A stretch of 64,000 nt of DNA from an uncultured Chloroflexia bacterium. GTDB taxonomy: Bacteria; Chloroflexota; Limnocylindria; Limnocylindrales; CSP1-4. The notes under the pieces were generated by a model. It made no database searches. It was not told the origin of the DNA and saw only the letters and a program-made list of their open reading frames with translations. Shown here piece by piece: positions 48,806-60,125 of this stretch. Numbering within the stretch: the first letter of the stretch is position 1; every line of letters begins with the position of its first letter. Location: positions 29,477 through 93,476 of the forward strand of contig CAWDUR010000017.1 in NCBI GenBank assembly GCA_963805585.1, in the 5' to 3' direction. The position numbers were made by a program, and so were the translations under genes.

Positions 48806-51011
48806 ATGACCGCGATCGGCACGCCTCTGGATGGCCCCCTCCTTCCCTCCGGGTACGGTCCCGATCGTGGAGCCCCCGTCGCCATCGAGGACATCCGGAG
48901 CCTCCTCTCAGGCTTGGATCGGCGTCAACGCCTGGCTGTCACTCATGGTGATGGGCCGCTGCTCGTCATCGCTGGCCCGGGGACGGGCAAGACGGAGGTC
49001 ATCACGCGCCGCATCGCCTGGCTCATCGCCAGCCGGCGTGCGCGCCCGTCGCAGATCCTGGGGCTCACGTTCACGGAGCGCGCCGCGGACGAGATGCAGG
49101 CCCGCGTGGATCTGCTGGTGCCCTACGGCCAGGCAGACACTGCCATCCACACCTTCCACGCCTTCGGTGACTGGCTGCTCAGGGAGCACGGCCACGACAT
49201 CGGGCGTCCGATGGACCCGCGGGTCATCGGGCGTGCTGAGGCTGTGGTCCTCGTCCGCGATCGGATCTTCGAGCTTGGGCTGTCCCGCTACCGTCCCCTG
49301 AGTGATCCGACACGCTTCGCTGGAGCGCTCGTGGATCTCTTCGCCCGGGCCAAGGAGGAGGGCCTCCGACCGGCTGACCTGGCAGCCTATGCTGACCGAA
49401 TTGGAAGCCGGTGCCAGGTCGGTTTCGCCGGTGCCTGAAGGCCTTCCGGCGCAGGAGGCCGTGGCCGCTCTACTGGATGAGGCCGCCTCCCAGACGGAAC
49501 TGGCGGCCGCGTACCGTGGCTACCAGGAGATGCTGGCAGAGCGCTCGCTCGTCGATCACGGCGACCAGGTGGCTGAGGCCGTGCGCCTGCTTGAGGAGCG
49601 GCCGGCGGTCCGGCAGGCATTGCGCCAGCGCTTCCGATCCATCGTCGTGGACGAGGCCCAGGATGCCAATCCGCAGCAGCTGGCGCTCGTGCGCCTCGTG
49701 GCCGGCGAGTCCGGCAATGTCACCTTCGTAGGTGACGACGACCAGGCTATCTACGCATTCCGCGGAGCGGTCGGCCAGGGGCTGACCAGCCTGGGTGACG
49801 CATACCCCAGCCTGCGAGACCTCGTGCTGCGGCGCAATTATCGCTCCCGCAAGCCTATCCTTGATGCGGCCCGGCGTCTCATCCGCTGCAACGACCCCGA
49901 CCGCCTGGAGGTCCAGCGCGGCGTGGACAAGTCCCTGACCGCCGTGCGCCGGGCGACGCGGCCAGCCCCCGTCAGGCACGCGGTCTTCGCTACGACCGAG
50001 GACGAGGCCGACGCCGTCGCGGTGGAGATCGAGCACCTGCTTCGGAAGGGGCGGCGAGCTGGGTCGGTGGCGGTCCTGGTGCGAACCAACGCTGACGCCG
50101 AGCCGGTCTTGGCCAGCCTTGATGTGCGTGGCATCCCACGGCGCTTCTCAGGCGCCTCTGGCCTGTTCTCCCACCGTGAGGTCCGCGACGTCCTCAGTCT
50201 TCTGCGCGTCATGGCCTCTCCCGCGTCATCGGAGGATCTCTACGCGGTCCTGACCGCCGCACCCCACGGGCTGGGCGGAGAGGATCTGTCTGCCATCTGC
50301 GACCTGGCCAACCGTCGTCGGCGCAGCCTCTGGTCCGTCGTGACCGAGCTACTCGAGCAGCCGGGTCTGTTGCGTCTCTCTGTCGACACGCGGACTCGCC
50401 TGCATCGCTGCGTCGAGTTGTTGCGGGCCTCCCTGGCCTCCGCGCATGAACGTGCAGCTCCGGCGGTCCTGTACGAGTACCTGCGGGAGAGCGGCTGGCT
50501 GCAGATGCTTGTAGCGCTTGCCGAGAGCGGTGACGACGGCCCCCTGCGCCGAGTGGCCCGGTTCTTCGAGGTCGTCAAGGCGCAGTCCGACCTGTTGGGC
50601 GACCCGCGGCTGCCTCTCTTGGTGCCCACGCTCCAGGCGCTCATCGACGCCGGCGAGGACCCCACCGTGGCAACGCCCGTCGACCAGGTGGACGCCGTGT
50701 CGGTGCTCACCGTGCACCAGGCGAAGGGACTGGAGTTCGCCACGGTCTTCGTCGTCGGGATGGCGGAAGGGCGGTTCCCGCTGCCTCCTCGCCGGGACGC
50801 CTTGGCACTCCCCGCGGCACTCACTGGACGACCGGCCTCGAATGACCCCGACAGGCAACGTGCGGAGGAACGGCGGCTGTTCTACGTGGCCATGACGCGT
50901 GCTCGCGATGAGCTCATCCTCAGCCACGCCATCCGCGGGGCACATGGAGGGCGCCAGCGGCGGCCTTCCGGCTTCCTCGCCGAGGCGATGGGCCGCCCGG
51001 TCGACGCATGA
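48806..51011 (+). CDS. UvrD/PcrA-like SF1 helicase (frameshift near 49400)
   Basis: AGPGTGKT, TFTERAA, TFHAF, VDEAQD, VGDDDQAIYAFRGA, NYRS, TVHQAKGLEF, EERRLFYVAMTRAR. Confidence 0.95.
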
Positions 51012-51837
51012 CCTCGGGACGGAGGATGAAGTCCGCCTGGAGCCTCCGCCTGAGCCACCCTCGATGACCCCCCGAGCGGTCACCCGGTCGCGTGGCCGCG
51101 GCACGGCGCTCACACTGAGCTTCACGCAGGTCGACGACTACCTCGCCTGTCCGCGCAAGTACCACTTCCGGCACGTCGTGGGCGTCCCGGTACCGCCGCA
51201 CCACGCTCTGGTGTTCGGCAACGCCATCCACCAGGCCGTGGCCGTCGCGAACCTGGCCACCATGCGGGGTCAGGACCCGGACGAGGCCGCCGTCTTGGCC
51301 ACCCTGGAGGCCCACTGGCGCAGTGAGGGCTTCCATTCAGCGGAGCATGAGTCTGCACGGTTCGCCAGTGGGCAGGTAGCGCTGCGGCGCTTCCTGCAGC
51401 GTTCCACCGAATCCCCCGGAGACCGAGTCCTGGCCGTGGAGCAGCCCTTCTCCGTCCTCTTGGGCGACACCCGGGTGCGCGGTCGCTACGATGCCGTGCG
51501 CGTGGTCGATGGCGCCACGATCATCACCGACTACAAGTCCGGTGACGTCCGTGACCAGGAACGGGCGCGCCAACGGGCCAGGGACGCGCTGCAATTGCAG
51601 ATCTACGCGCTGGCCTGGGAAGCCGAGCACGGTGGACGCCCGGCTGCGGTGGAGTTGCACTTCCTTGAGGGAGACGTCGTGGGCCGGGTGACGCCGACGG
51701 ATCGCCAACTCGAGCGGGCGGCGCAGAAGGTCGCCAGAACCGCCGAAGGCATCCGCGCCGGCTCGTTCCAGCCATCGCCTGGCTTCCCGGTGTGCGACTG
51801 GTGTCCGTACCGACGCATCTGCCCTGCCGCAGCGTGA
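51012..51837 (+). CDS. PD-(D/E)XK RecB-family nuclease with Fe-S cysteines; probably the C-terminal domain of the helicase
   Basis: LSFTQV..CPRKY, GNAIH, RGRYD, DYKSG, QLQIYA, CDWCPYRRIC. Confidence 0.85.
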
Positions 51838-51858
51838 TGGGCGTCTACACTCCGGACG

Positions 51859-52215
51859 GTGTCGGTCCGCGAGCGAAGCATCACCTTGGTCCTCGTGGTG
51901 TCGGCGCTGGTCGCCTGGTTCTGCGTCGTCCTTGTCTTCCTGACGCTGTCGCCGCAGGGTGATGCCGGCGTCCAGCTTCTGGGCTCCATCAGCCTCGGAG
52001 TCGCGGTGGCGCTGACCGCCTGGCCGCTGCTGTGGGCGATGCGCCGTGGAGCGCCTGGCTCGCTGGTGTCGGCAGGACGGCGGGCCGGCCTGATCGGCCT
52101 CGTGATCAGCATCCTCGTCGTGCTTCGCGTCCTTGACGCGGTCTCCGTGCCGGTCGTCCTCTTCCTGTTGATCGGGGCAGTCATGGTCGAGCTCGCCCTG
52201 ACGTTACGACGCTGA
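51859..52215 (+). CDS. four-TM hypothetical membrane protein
   Basis: Hydrophobic ORF with its own TACACT -10 element. Confidence 0.7.
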   Translation: MSVRERSITLVLVVSALVAWFCVVLVFLTLSPQGDAGVQLLGSISLGVAVALTAWPLLWAMRRGAPGSLVSAGRRAGLIGLVISILVVLRVLDAVSVPVVLFLLIGAVMVELALTLRR

Positions 52216-53131
52216 TGAGCGGGACCGCGAACCACGTGGCCCAGCTCGATCGACGCCCCGCCGCTGACCTGGTCACGATAGGCTTCGGAGCATGTCGACA
52301 GCGGCGAAGCCGACCTCACGGGGTCACAGAGGCGCGGGCCGCCGGCCTGAGCGAACGGAAGGGCGCTGACATCCTGGCGCGCTTCTACGACCTGGACGTG
52401 CTGGACGTGTCGTACGACGCCGAGCTGTATCAGCGACTCGCCCACGAGGCTGGCGAGTCCGTCCTGGAACTCGCTGTCGGCAGCGGGCGGCTGGCCATCC
52501 CCCTCGCGCTGGCGGGGCACCGGGTCGTCGGCGTCGATCACGACGCCGCCATGCTCGAGCGCGCTTCGGCCGCCTGGGACAGCGCTCGCGGGTCCATCGA
52601 GCGCGATCGGCTGAGCCTGCATGAGGCCGACTTCACGTCGTTCCGAGTCGGCGACCGGTTCGACATGGTCTTCGTCGCGGTCAACACCTTCCTGCTGACC
52701 GAGGACGACTCGGCGCGCCTCGCGCTGCTCGCGTGCCATGCGTGAGCAGCTGCGACCAGGCGGCGTGGCCGTGATCGAGGTCAGCACGCCGGACGAGGAC
52801 GAGCTGGCCTCGTTCGACGGACGCGCTCCAGCTCGAGTGGCTGCGACACGAGCCGGAGAGCGGCGATCTGGTGGCCAAGCTGGCCAGCGCCCGACACGAC
52901 CCGGACGTCGCCAGCGTGTCTCTGTGCCAGGTGTTCGAGTGGACCCCAGCCCACGGCGGCACACTCTCTCGCGTGGCCCGGACGGACATCCTGCACCTCG
53001 TCCCGCCCGCGAGACTGGTCGATCTGGCGACTCGATCCGGCTTCGGGGAGGTCGATCTCTGGGGGGACCATCTATCCATGCCCTATGGTTCCGGAAGTCA
53101 CCGGGCCATCGTGGTCGCGCGGTTGGTATAG
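52215..53131 (+). CDS. class I SAM-dependent methyltransferase (frameshifted; start uncertain)
   Basis: VLELAVGSGRL, GVDHDAAML, EADF, LRPGG, GF..LWGD. Confidence 0.85.
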
Positions 53132-53138
53132 TCCGGCC

Positions 53139-54313
53139 GTGGCCACCTCAGAACAGATCCGCCTGCTGCTGGTCGAGGATGTCGCCCAGGTCTCGCAGTA
53201 TGTGCGGAACCTCCTGCAGCATCAGAAGCCGGTCCGCCTCCTGGATACGCTGACGGACGGCCATGTCGTGCTGGACCGGATCCGCGAGCTGCGTCCGGAC
53301 GTGCTCATGGTGGACGCACTCCTGCAGGGCAAGACCAGCGGTCTCGAGGTGGCCGAGCAGGTCCGCCAGGCCGGCCTGCGCATCCCCATCATCATCGTCA
53401 CCGTGCCCCAGAAGCCGGTCAAGGTCGGGGAGGGGATGGGCATCATCGAAGTGCTCGCCATGCCCTTCTCGGGCTTCGAGCTGATGAACGCGGTGAACCA
53501 CGCCAGCAGCCGCTATCGGGCCACTGCGCCCGAGCGCTATGTCGCGCTCGTACGTCGTCTACTCCGGGAAGGGTGGCGTTGGCCGCACCACGATCGCCTA
53601 CAACCTGGCGGTGTCGTTCGGGCAGATGCCCGGCGTCCGAGTGGCGCTCATCGACGGTGACCTCCAGTTCAGCGATCTGCGCGGCCTGCTGCGCGTCCCG
53701 GACGCCGCCCCGTCCCTGCTCCAACTGCCGACCGACCGCATCTCCGAGAGCGACCTTGCCTCCGTGCTGTGGCGCGACCCCTCTGGCATCGACCTGCTGC
53801 TGGCCCCACCCAGGGTGGAGCAGTCCGAGATGGTGACGGCGCGAGACGTCGAGAAGGTCCTATCCCTGCTGCGGCGCATCTACAACGTCATCGTGGTCGA
53901 CGCATCACCCGCCATCACGGACACGTCACTCGTCTACCTCGATGACGCCGATGGCATCCTGACCGTCGTCACGCCGGACCGGAACTCGGTGCGAGCTGCC
54001 CGTCTCGCCGGGCAGGCTTTCGTCGCTGCCGGCATGTCTCCGCACAAGATGATGCTGGTCCTCAACCGCGCCGGCACGCCTGGCATCAGCGCCCGAGCAG
54101 ATGGCGGCGGAGCTGGGGCGCCTGCCGGATGTGGCGATCCCCGACGACCAGCCACTCGTGAAGGCCACCACGGCTGAGGGCGTGCCGTTCGTCATGGCCC
54201 ACCCCACGGCGCCTGCCAGCCTGCGCATCATGAGCATCGCCCAGACATTGATGGCGCCACCCGAGCCCGTGGCGCCCCAGCCTGCTCCGAGCCTGGCTCC
54301 CTCCTTCGCCTGA
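53139..54313 (+). CDS. receiver domain plus MinD/ParA-like ATPase (CpaE/TadZ-like; frameshifted)
   Basis: LLVED..VDALL receiver; SGKGGVGRTT..NLA, IDGDLQF, VVD, VLNR. Confidence 0.82.
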
Positions 54314-54317
54314 CCTG

Positions 54318-55249
54318 ATGGGTGACCCGCGACCCATCGGCTTCTTCGACTCGGGGGTCGGTGGATTGACCGGTCCTCGTGGAGGTCATGCGACGGCTTC
54401 CGCTCGAAGACACCGTCTACCTGGGAGATAACGCTCGCACGCCGTATGGGCCTCGCCCGGACGAGGAGGTCGTGCGCTTCAGCACGGAATGTCTGGATGT
54501 GCTGGCCGAGCGTGACGTCAAGGCCATCGTGGTCGCCTGCAACACGTCCACGGCCATCGCCCTGCCCATCCTTCGACGCCGCTACGCCCTGCCCATCCTG
54601 GGCGTCGTCCGGCCCGGCGCTACCGCGGCCGTCCTGGCGACCCGGACGCGCACGGTCGGCGTCATCGCCACCCAGGCGACGGTGCGCTCGCATGCCTACT
54701 TCGAAGCCATCAAGGAAGAGGACCCCTTCGTCGAGGTCTACGAGCACGCCACCCCGGACCTGGTGCCGCTGGTCGAGGCGGGCAGGCTCGATGGCGCGGA
54801 GGTGGAGGATGTCGTACGTCGATCACTCGCCCCGCTCCTGGGGTCCGAGGCGGTCGGCGGCGCGGCAGGTGATGGTTCGTTCGTATTCCCCATGCCACGT
54901 GGTGCCCGGATCGACACGCTGTTGCTGGGGTGCACGCACTATCCGCTGCTCGGTGCCGTGATCAGGCGCGTCGTCGGCGACGACATCGCCGTGATCGACT
55001 CCGCGTCGGCCACGGCCAGCGCTCTCGCCAGCCTCATGGAGGTCCACGACCTCGGTGCGCCCGACCGCCCGCGGGGACGTCACCTCACGCTCACGACCGG
55101 CGGCATGGATGCCTTCCGCCACACCACTCGGCGTCCTGTTTGGTGAGGGGTTCGGAGAGGTGCAGGCCATCGACCTCCCGGCCGGGGCCGCGCCTCGCCC
55201 GTTCGCTCCGACCGGCGCCTCCGTGCTCTCGTCGGGCGCGCGGCCGTGA
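54318..55249 (+). CDS. murI: glutamate racemase (frameshifts near 54370 and 55130)
   Basis: PIGFFDSGVGGL, PYG, VACNT, LGCTHYP. Confidence 0.95.
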
Positions 55250-56482
55250 CCATCACCGGAAACGCCGACCGACTCCTGGCCAGCCGGTCGGTTCGACTTG
55301 GCTTGGCGATCGGCACGGGGCTGGCAGCGCGAGCCGTGGCCGCACGCGCCACGCTGCAGCCCTCGGAAGGGCTCGTCGACTGGGAACGAGCGCAGCGCAT
55401 GGCGCGTCGGCGGCTCATCCGCGCCCAAGGACACCTCACCGATCATCAGTTGCGGGCCACGCGCCCGGCCTACGCCCGTCACATGGCACGGGTCGTTCCC
55501 CTGCTCGAGCGCCGCCTGGGGGCCGACCTGCCGGGTGTCGTGGAGCGTCATGCCGTGGCCAGCCGCACCGAGTGGGCGGACGCCAACATGGACACCTTCA
55601 AGGCACTCGTGGCACATCTCGAGCCGAGCCTACGGCCCCGTGGTCCGCAGGGCAGCCTGCGCGTCGGCGTCGCGGTCGCGGCGAACCGTCTGCTGACGAC
55701 CGGCCAGGTGGGGCTCCTGCTCGGCTACCTGGGTACCCGGGTGCTGGGCCAGTACGACGTGGCGCTGCTCTCCGCCGAGCAGGCTCCCGGTCGCCTGCTC
55801 TACGTGGAGGAGAACATCCGCTCGGCGGCACGCGCCCTCGGCATACCCCTGGATACCTTCCGACTCTGGGTCTGCCTGCACGAGACGACGCATGCCTTCG
55901 AGATGGAAGCCCATCCCTGGCTGCGTCCCTACCTGCGTGAACGCCTCGAGCGACAGGTGTCGCTCTTCGCAGAGCAGGCGCGGCACCTGCAGCGACATGG
56001 GCTGCGCTACATCGTGCGTCGCTGGCGCGCCGCCGCCGCCGAGGGATCGTGGCGCGGCTTGCTCGATCCCGAGCAGCGAACGCTCTTCAGGGAGACACAG
56101 GCGGTCATGAGCCTCATGGAGGGCTTCAGCGACTGGGTCATGGACGAGGTCGGCGCGGAGCTCATCCCGGATGTGGCGTCCATACGCCGTCGCTTCGAGT
56201 TGCGTCGCAGCCAACGTCGGCGTGGGCATCGACCGCATCCTCGCCAGGATCACTGGTCTGGACCTCAAGCTGGCACAGTACCGACGCGGGGAGCGCTTCG
56301 TGGCCGGCGTCCACTCGCTCGGCGGCAGCGCAGCCATCGCCCACCTGTGGGACGGACCTGAGACACTTCCCAACGAAGCGGAACTGGACGACCCTGCCGC
56401 CTGGCTGGCACGCGTCATGCCGACCCTGGGTGGCTGGCCGTCGGACGTGCCGGCTGCCGACGTACCAGCAGGGAGGACCTGA
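55246..56482 (+). CDS. zinc-dependent metalloprotease (Zincin_2/DUF2342; frameshift near 56220)
   Basis: VLGQYD, LHETTH, MSLMEG, KLAQY..GERF. Confidence 0.88.
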
Positions 56483-56490
56483 CGCCGACG

Positions 56491-57495
56491 ATGCCTCGCG
56501 GGACCGAGCCAGCCGCCATCGCCTTGACGCCCATCCTGTCGGCCCGCTATCGCGAGGAGGACCTGGCCCGCATCCGCGCGGTGGCACCAGGAGCGCGACT
56601 CGTCAGCGTCTCGCTCGAAGGACTGTCCGACAGCGCGCTCGATGATGTCGAGGTGCTGCTGCGCGGGCCGATGCCGGCGGCAAGCTTCGACCGTCTCCTG
56701 GCGCGAAGCCCGCGGCTCTCCTGGGTGCACTCGGCGACGGCCGGCGTGGAGCGCCTGCTGACTGCTGAGGCGGCCGGCCGCAGCCTCGTCATCACCAACG
56801 CGCGGGGTGTCTTCAGCGAGCCCATCGCCGAGTACACGATGATGATGATCCTGGCGGTCGTGCGGCGGCTACCGGAACTCTTGGAGCTGCAGCGGGAACG
56901 CACCTGGCAGCCGCTGCCGGCGCGGGAACTGCGACAGGTCACCATCGGCATCGTCGGGCTCGGGTCCATCGGTCGGGCGGTGGCGCACCTGGCCGTGGCC
57001 TTCGGAGCGCGGGTCATCGCCACCCGGCGCGGATCCTGAACGGTTCGATGGCCGCGAGCCCATCCCCGAGGGACTCGACCAGATCCTCTCCCATGACCAG
57101 CTGCCGGAGCTGCTGGCCGCCGCGGATTTCGTCGTCCTGGCAGTGCCACTCACGAGCACGACTGACAAGCTCATGGACGCTCGCCGCCTGAGCCAGATGA
57201 AGCGAGGTGCCTGGCTCATCAACGTGGCACGCGGCCGGCTCGTGGACCAGTCCGCCCTGCTTCGGGCTCTGCGAAGCGGATCGTTGGGCGGCGCCGTTCT
57301 GGATACGCTCTGGGAAGAACCGCTGCCCCCAGCTCGCCGCTTTGGGACGCACCGGGTCTCATCATCACGCCACACACCTCCTGGTCGAGTGGGCGAGTCC
57401 TCGATCGCAGCATCGAGCTCTTCTGTGAGAATCTCGCGCGTTACCGCGACGGGCGCGAGCTGCTTAACGTCGTCGATCGGGAGGCGGGCTACTAG
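56491..57495 (+). CDS. D-2-hydroxyacid dehydrogenase (frameshifted)
   Basis: TNARG, GLGSIG, INVARG, LD..EEPLP, IITPH. Confidence 0.92.
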
Positions 57496-58596
57496 ATGCA
57501 GATCGCCATCGTCGGGCTTGCCCGCTCCGGCAAGACGACCGTCTTCAATACGCTGACCCGCGGCACGGCGGAGACCGGCGGCTTCGGCGGCCTGACCGTC
57601 AACACGGGCGTGGTCAAGGTGCCTGATGAGCGTCTGGTCCGCCTCACCAGCGTCTTTCGCCCCAAGCGTGAGGTGCCAGCCGACGTCACCTACGTGGACC
57701 TGCCGGCACCCGCCCTGGCCGCCGAGGGAGCACCGCACACGGACATCCCGGCAGACCAGCTGGCTCGCCTGCGCAACGCCGATGCCTTGCTGCACGTGGT
57801 GCGGGCCTTCGCCGACGACACCGTGCCGCACCCGCTGCTGGGAGTGGACCCCCAGCGCGACCTCGAGCAGCTGGAGCTGGAGTTCACGCTGGCCGACATG
57901 GGCGTCGTGGAGAAGCGCGTCGACAAGCTGCGCACCTCGGGCCGCCACGGCACGCCGGCGGAGCGGGAGGCCAACGACCGGGAGCTGGAGGTCCTCGAGC
58001 GCATCCTGCCGGCCCTCACCGAGGGTCGGCCCATCCGCGACCTGGCACTATCGGCCGACGAGGAGCTGCGCGTCCGGGGCTTCCGCTTCCTGACGGAGAA
58101 GCCGGTCCTCGTGCTGCTCAACATCGGCGAGATCGACCTCGCTCGCGCCGACGCTCTCGCGGGCGACCTTCAGGCTGGCATCCATCACGCCAGGACCAGC
58201 GTGGTGTCGCTGTCTGCCCGCATCGAGATGGAGATCGGCCAGCTCGACGAGGACGAGGCGCGGGTCTTCCGCGAGGACCTCGGACTGGAGGGCTCGAGCC
58301 TGGAACGAGTCATCCGCGCCAGCTACTCGCTCCTGGGGCTGATCAGCTTCTTCACGGCCGGCCCGGATGAGACACGGGCCTGGACGGTCCATCAGGGCGC
58401 TTCGGCCGTGGACGCCGCGGGCGCCATCCACTCCGATCTGGCTCGCGGCTTCATCCGCGCCGAGGTCATCGGCTGGCAGGAGCTACTCGAGTTCGGATCG
58501 ATGGCGGAAGCCAAACGCCACGGCAAGGTCCGCTCGGAGGGCAAGACCTACCAGGTGCAGGACGGAGACGTCATCGAGATCCTCTTCAATGTCTGA
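57496..58596 (+). CDS. ychF: YchF/OLA1 ATPase
   Basis: IVGL..SGKTTVFN, VKVPDERL, HVVRAF, FFTAG..RAW, IHSDL.RGFIRAE, EGKTY.VQDGD. Confidence 0.95.
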   Translation: MQIAIVGLARSGKTTVFNTLTRGTAETGGFGGLTVNTGVVKVPDERLVRLTSVFRPKREVPADVTYVDLPAPALAAEGAPHTDIPADQLARLRNADALLHVVRAFADDTVPHPLLGVDPQRDLEQLELEFTLADMGVVEKRVDKLRTSGRHGTPAEREANDRELEVLERILPALTEGRPIRDLALSADEELRVRGFRFLTEKPVLVLLNIGEIDLARADALAGDLQAGIHHARTSVVSLSARIEMEIGQLDEDEARVFREDLGLEGSSLERVIRASYSLLGLISFFTAGPDETRAWTVHQGASAVDAAGAIHSDLARGFIRAEVIGWQELLEFGSMAEAKRHGKVRSEGKTYQVQDGDVIEILFNV

Positions 58597-58632
58597 TCCG
58601 GCGGCGGACCGGTCCAGCGACTTGACCGCGGG

Positions 58633-59031
58633 TCAGGGAAGCCGGTCGTCGCCCCAGACGGCGTCGTCCGGTTCGACGTCCACCAGCATCGTGCGGTAAT
58701 CCGGCGCTTCGGACGCGCCCCGGCGCGCCACCGTGACGTCGGACACGAAGGTCCCGTCATCCATGGCCGAGACATTGACGGCCACCCGCAGTTGGGAATC
58801 GTCGATGACGAGGAAGCCGGACCTCTGAGCCAGATCGGCGGCGATCGCCTCGATGAGCGAGTCCTCGCGGAACCCTTCGATGACCCGGGTGCGCGAGGCG
58901 ACCACCATCTCCAGGAACTCCGATTCGTCGTACTCGACCTCGTGGGCCAGGAGGATGTCCGCGAAGATGTCGCTGTCGCTCTCATGGAGTTCGTAGAAGA
59001 ACAGGGGTACGTCGCCGTCGCGCATGGTCAC
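58633..59031 (-). CDS. acidic hypothetical protein
   Basis: Clean ORF; TATACT -10 element 7 nt before the GTG. Confidence 0.7.
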   Translation of the reverse strand: MTMRDGDVPLFFYELHESDSDIFADILLAHEVEYDESEFLEMVVASRTRVIEGFREDSLIEAIAADLAQRSGFLVIDDSQLRVAVNVSAMDDGTFVSDVTVARRGASEAPDYRTMLVDVEPDDAVWGDDRLP

Positions 59032-59116
59032 GGGCACGAGTATAGGCTTCGCCGGACGGCCGCCCGGAACGAGGCACGCTGTGGCGGTCGGCAGGGCAGG
59101 CAGGGACGGAGGGTGG

Positions 59117-60007
59117 ATGCGCAGGCCGGATGTGATCATCGTCGGGGCGGCCACGCGCGACCTGAACGACGAGGCGCCGCGTGGCTGGCTGCTGGGCGGT
59201 GGCGTGACCTACGGGGCACTCGCCCTGGCGCGCCTGGGCGTTCGTACGGGCGTCCTGCTCGGACTCGACGAGGAAGCGCGCGCGGCCCCGGAACTCGACC
59301 TGATCCGCGACGCCGGGGCAGAGATCGTGGAGGTGCCCCTGGCAAGGGGCCCCGTGTTCCGCAACACGGAGACGCTGGCAGGGCGCGTGCAGACCTGCAA
59401 CGGGCCCAGCGACCCCGTTCCAACGGCCGCCCTGCCTGAGCGCTGGGCCAACGTACGCACGTGGGTGCTGGCGCCGGTGGCCAGCGAGATCCACGACGAA
59501 TGGGCGGGCGCGCCGCCCGCCGATGCCTGCGTGGCCCTGGCCTGGCAGGGCATCCTCCGGCACCTGGAGCCCGGCGTCCGGGTGCGACCGCTGGAGCCGG
59601 GGCCTTCCACCCTGGTCCGCCGCGCGGACATCCTGGCTGTCAGCCGGCATGACATCCCAGGCGACCTGCCGCTACGCAGCATCGGTCAATGGTTACCGCC
59701 GTCGGCAGAACTGCTCCTGACGGCCGGCCTCCTGGGCGGCCTGCTCGTCGGGTTCCGGGACCATCGGCTCGTGGAGGCACGCGCCTACCCAAGCGTCCCG
59801 TCGCCCATCGAGGTCGATGCCACCGGGGCGGGGGACACGATGCTGGCCGGCCTGGTGGCGGCCCGGGTCGCCGGCGGAGCGGACGGTCATCGCCTGGGTC
59901 GTGATCTGCATCTCGGCGCCCTGGCGGGCAGCCTGCTCGTGGAGGGACCGGGCATGAACTCGGTGCCCACCCTCGGCCAGTTGAAGGAGCGGCTGGCGCG
60001 CTGTTGA
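59117..60007 (+). CDS. PfkB family carbohydrate kinase
   Basis: LGGGVTY N-terminal motif; VDATGAGD C-terminal signature; GGAGG SD. Confidence 0.9.
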   Translation: MRRPDVIIVGAATRDLNDEAPRGWLLGGGVTYGALALARLGVRTGVLLGLDEEARAAPELDLIRDAGAEIVEVPLARGPVFRNTETLAGRVQTCNGPSDPVPTAALPERWANVRTWVLAPVASEIHDEWAGAPPADACVALAWQGILRHLEPGVRVRPLEPGPSTLVRRADILAVSRHDIPGDLPLRSIGQWLPPSAELLLTAGLLGGLLVGFRDHRLVEARAYPSVPSPIEVDATGAGDTMLAGLVAARVAGGADGHRLGRDLHLGALAGSLLVEGPGMNSVPTLGQLKERLARC

Positions 60008-60056
60008 GCGCTGAGATCGAGTGCCAACGCCACGCTGGAACTACTCCTGAACGGGG

Positions 60057-60084
60057 ACCGCCGGCACCTTGCGGTGCCGGCGGT
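60057..60084. terminator. hairpin between convergent genes
   Basis: ACCGCCGGCACC-TTGC-GGTGCCGGCGGT perfect 12-bp stem. Confidence 0.65.
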
Positions 60085-60125
60085 GCAACGTGCGCGTGCC
60101 CGGCGCTAGCCAGGCGGTCGGGTCC

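Noticed and set aside
51012-51837. Cas4-like nuclease suggesting CRISPR adaptation
   Set aside because: The Cys pattern is shared with AddB-type nucleases; it is attached to a UvrD helicase, with no cas1/cas2 or array
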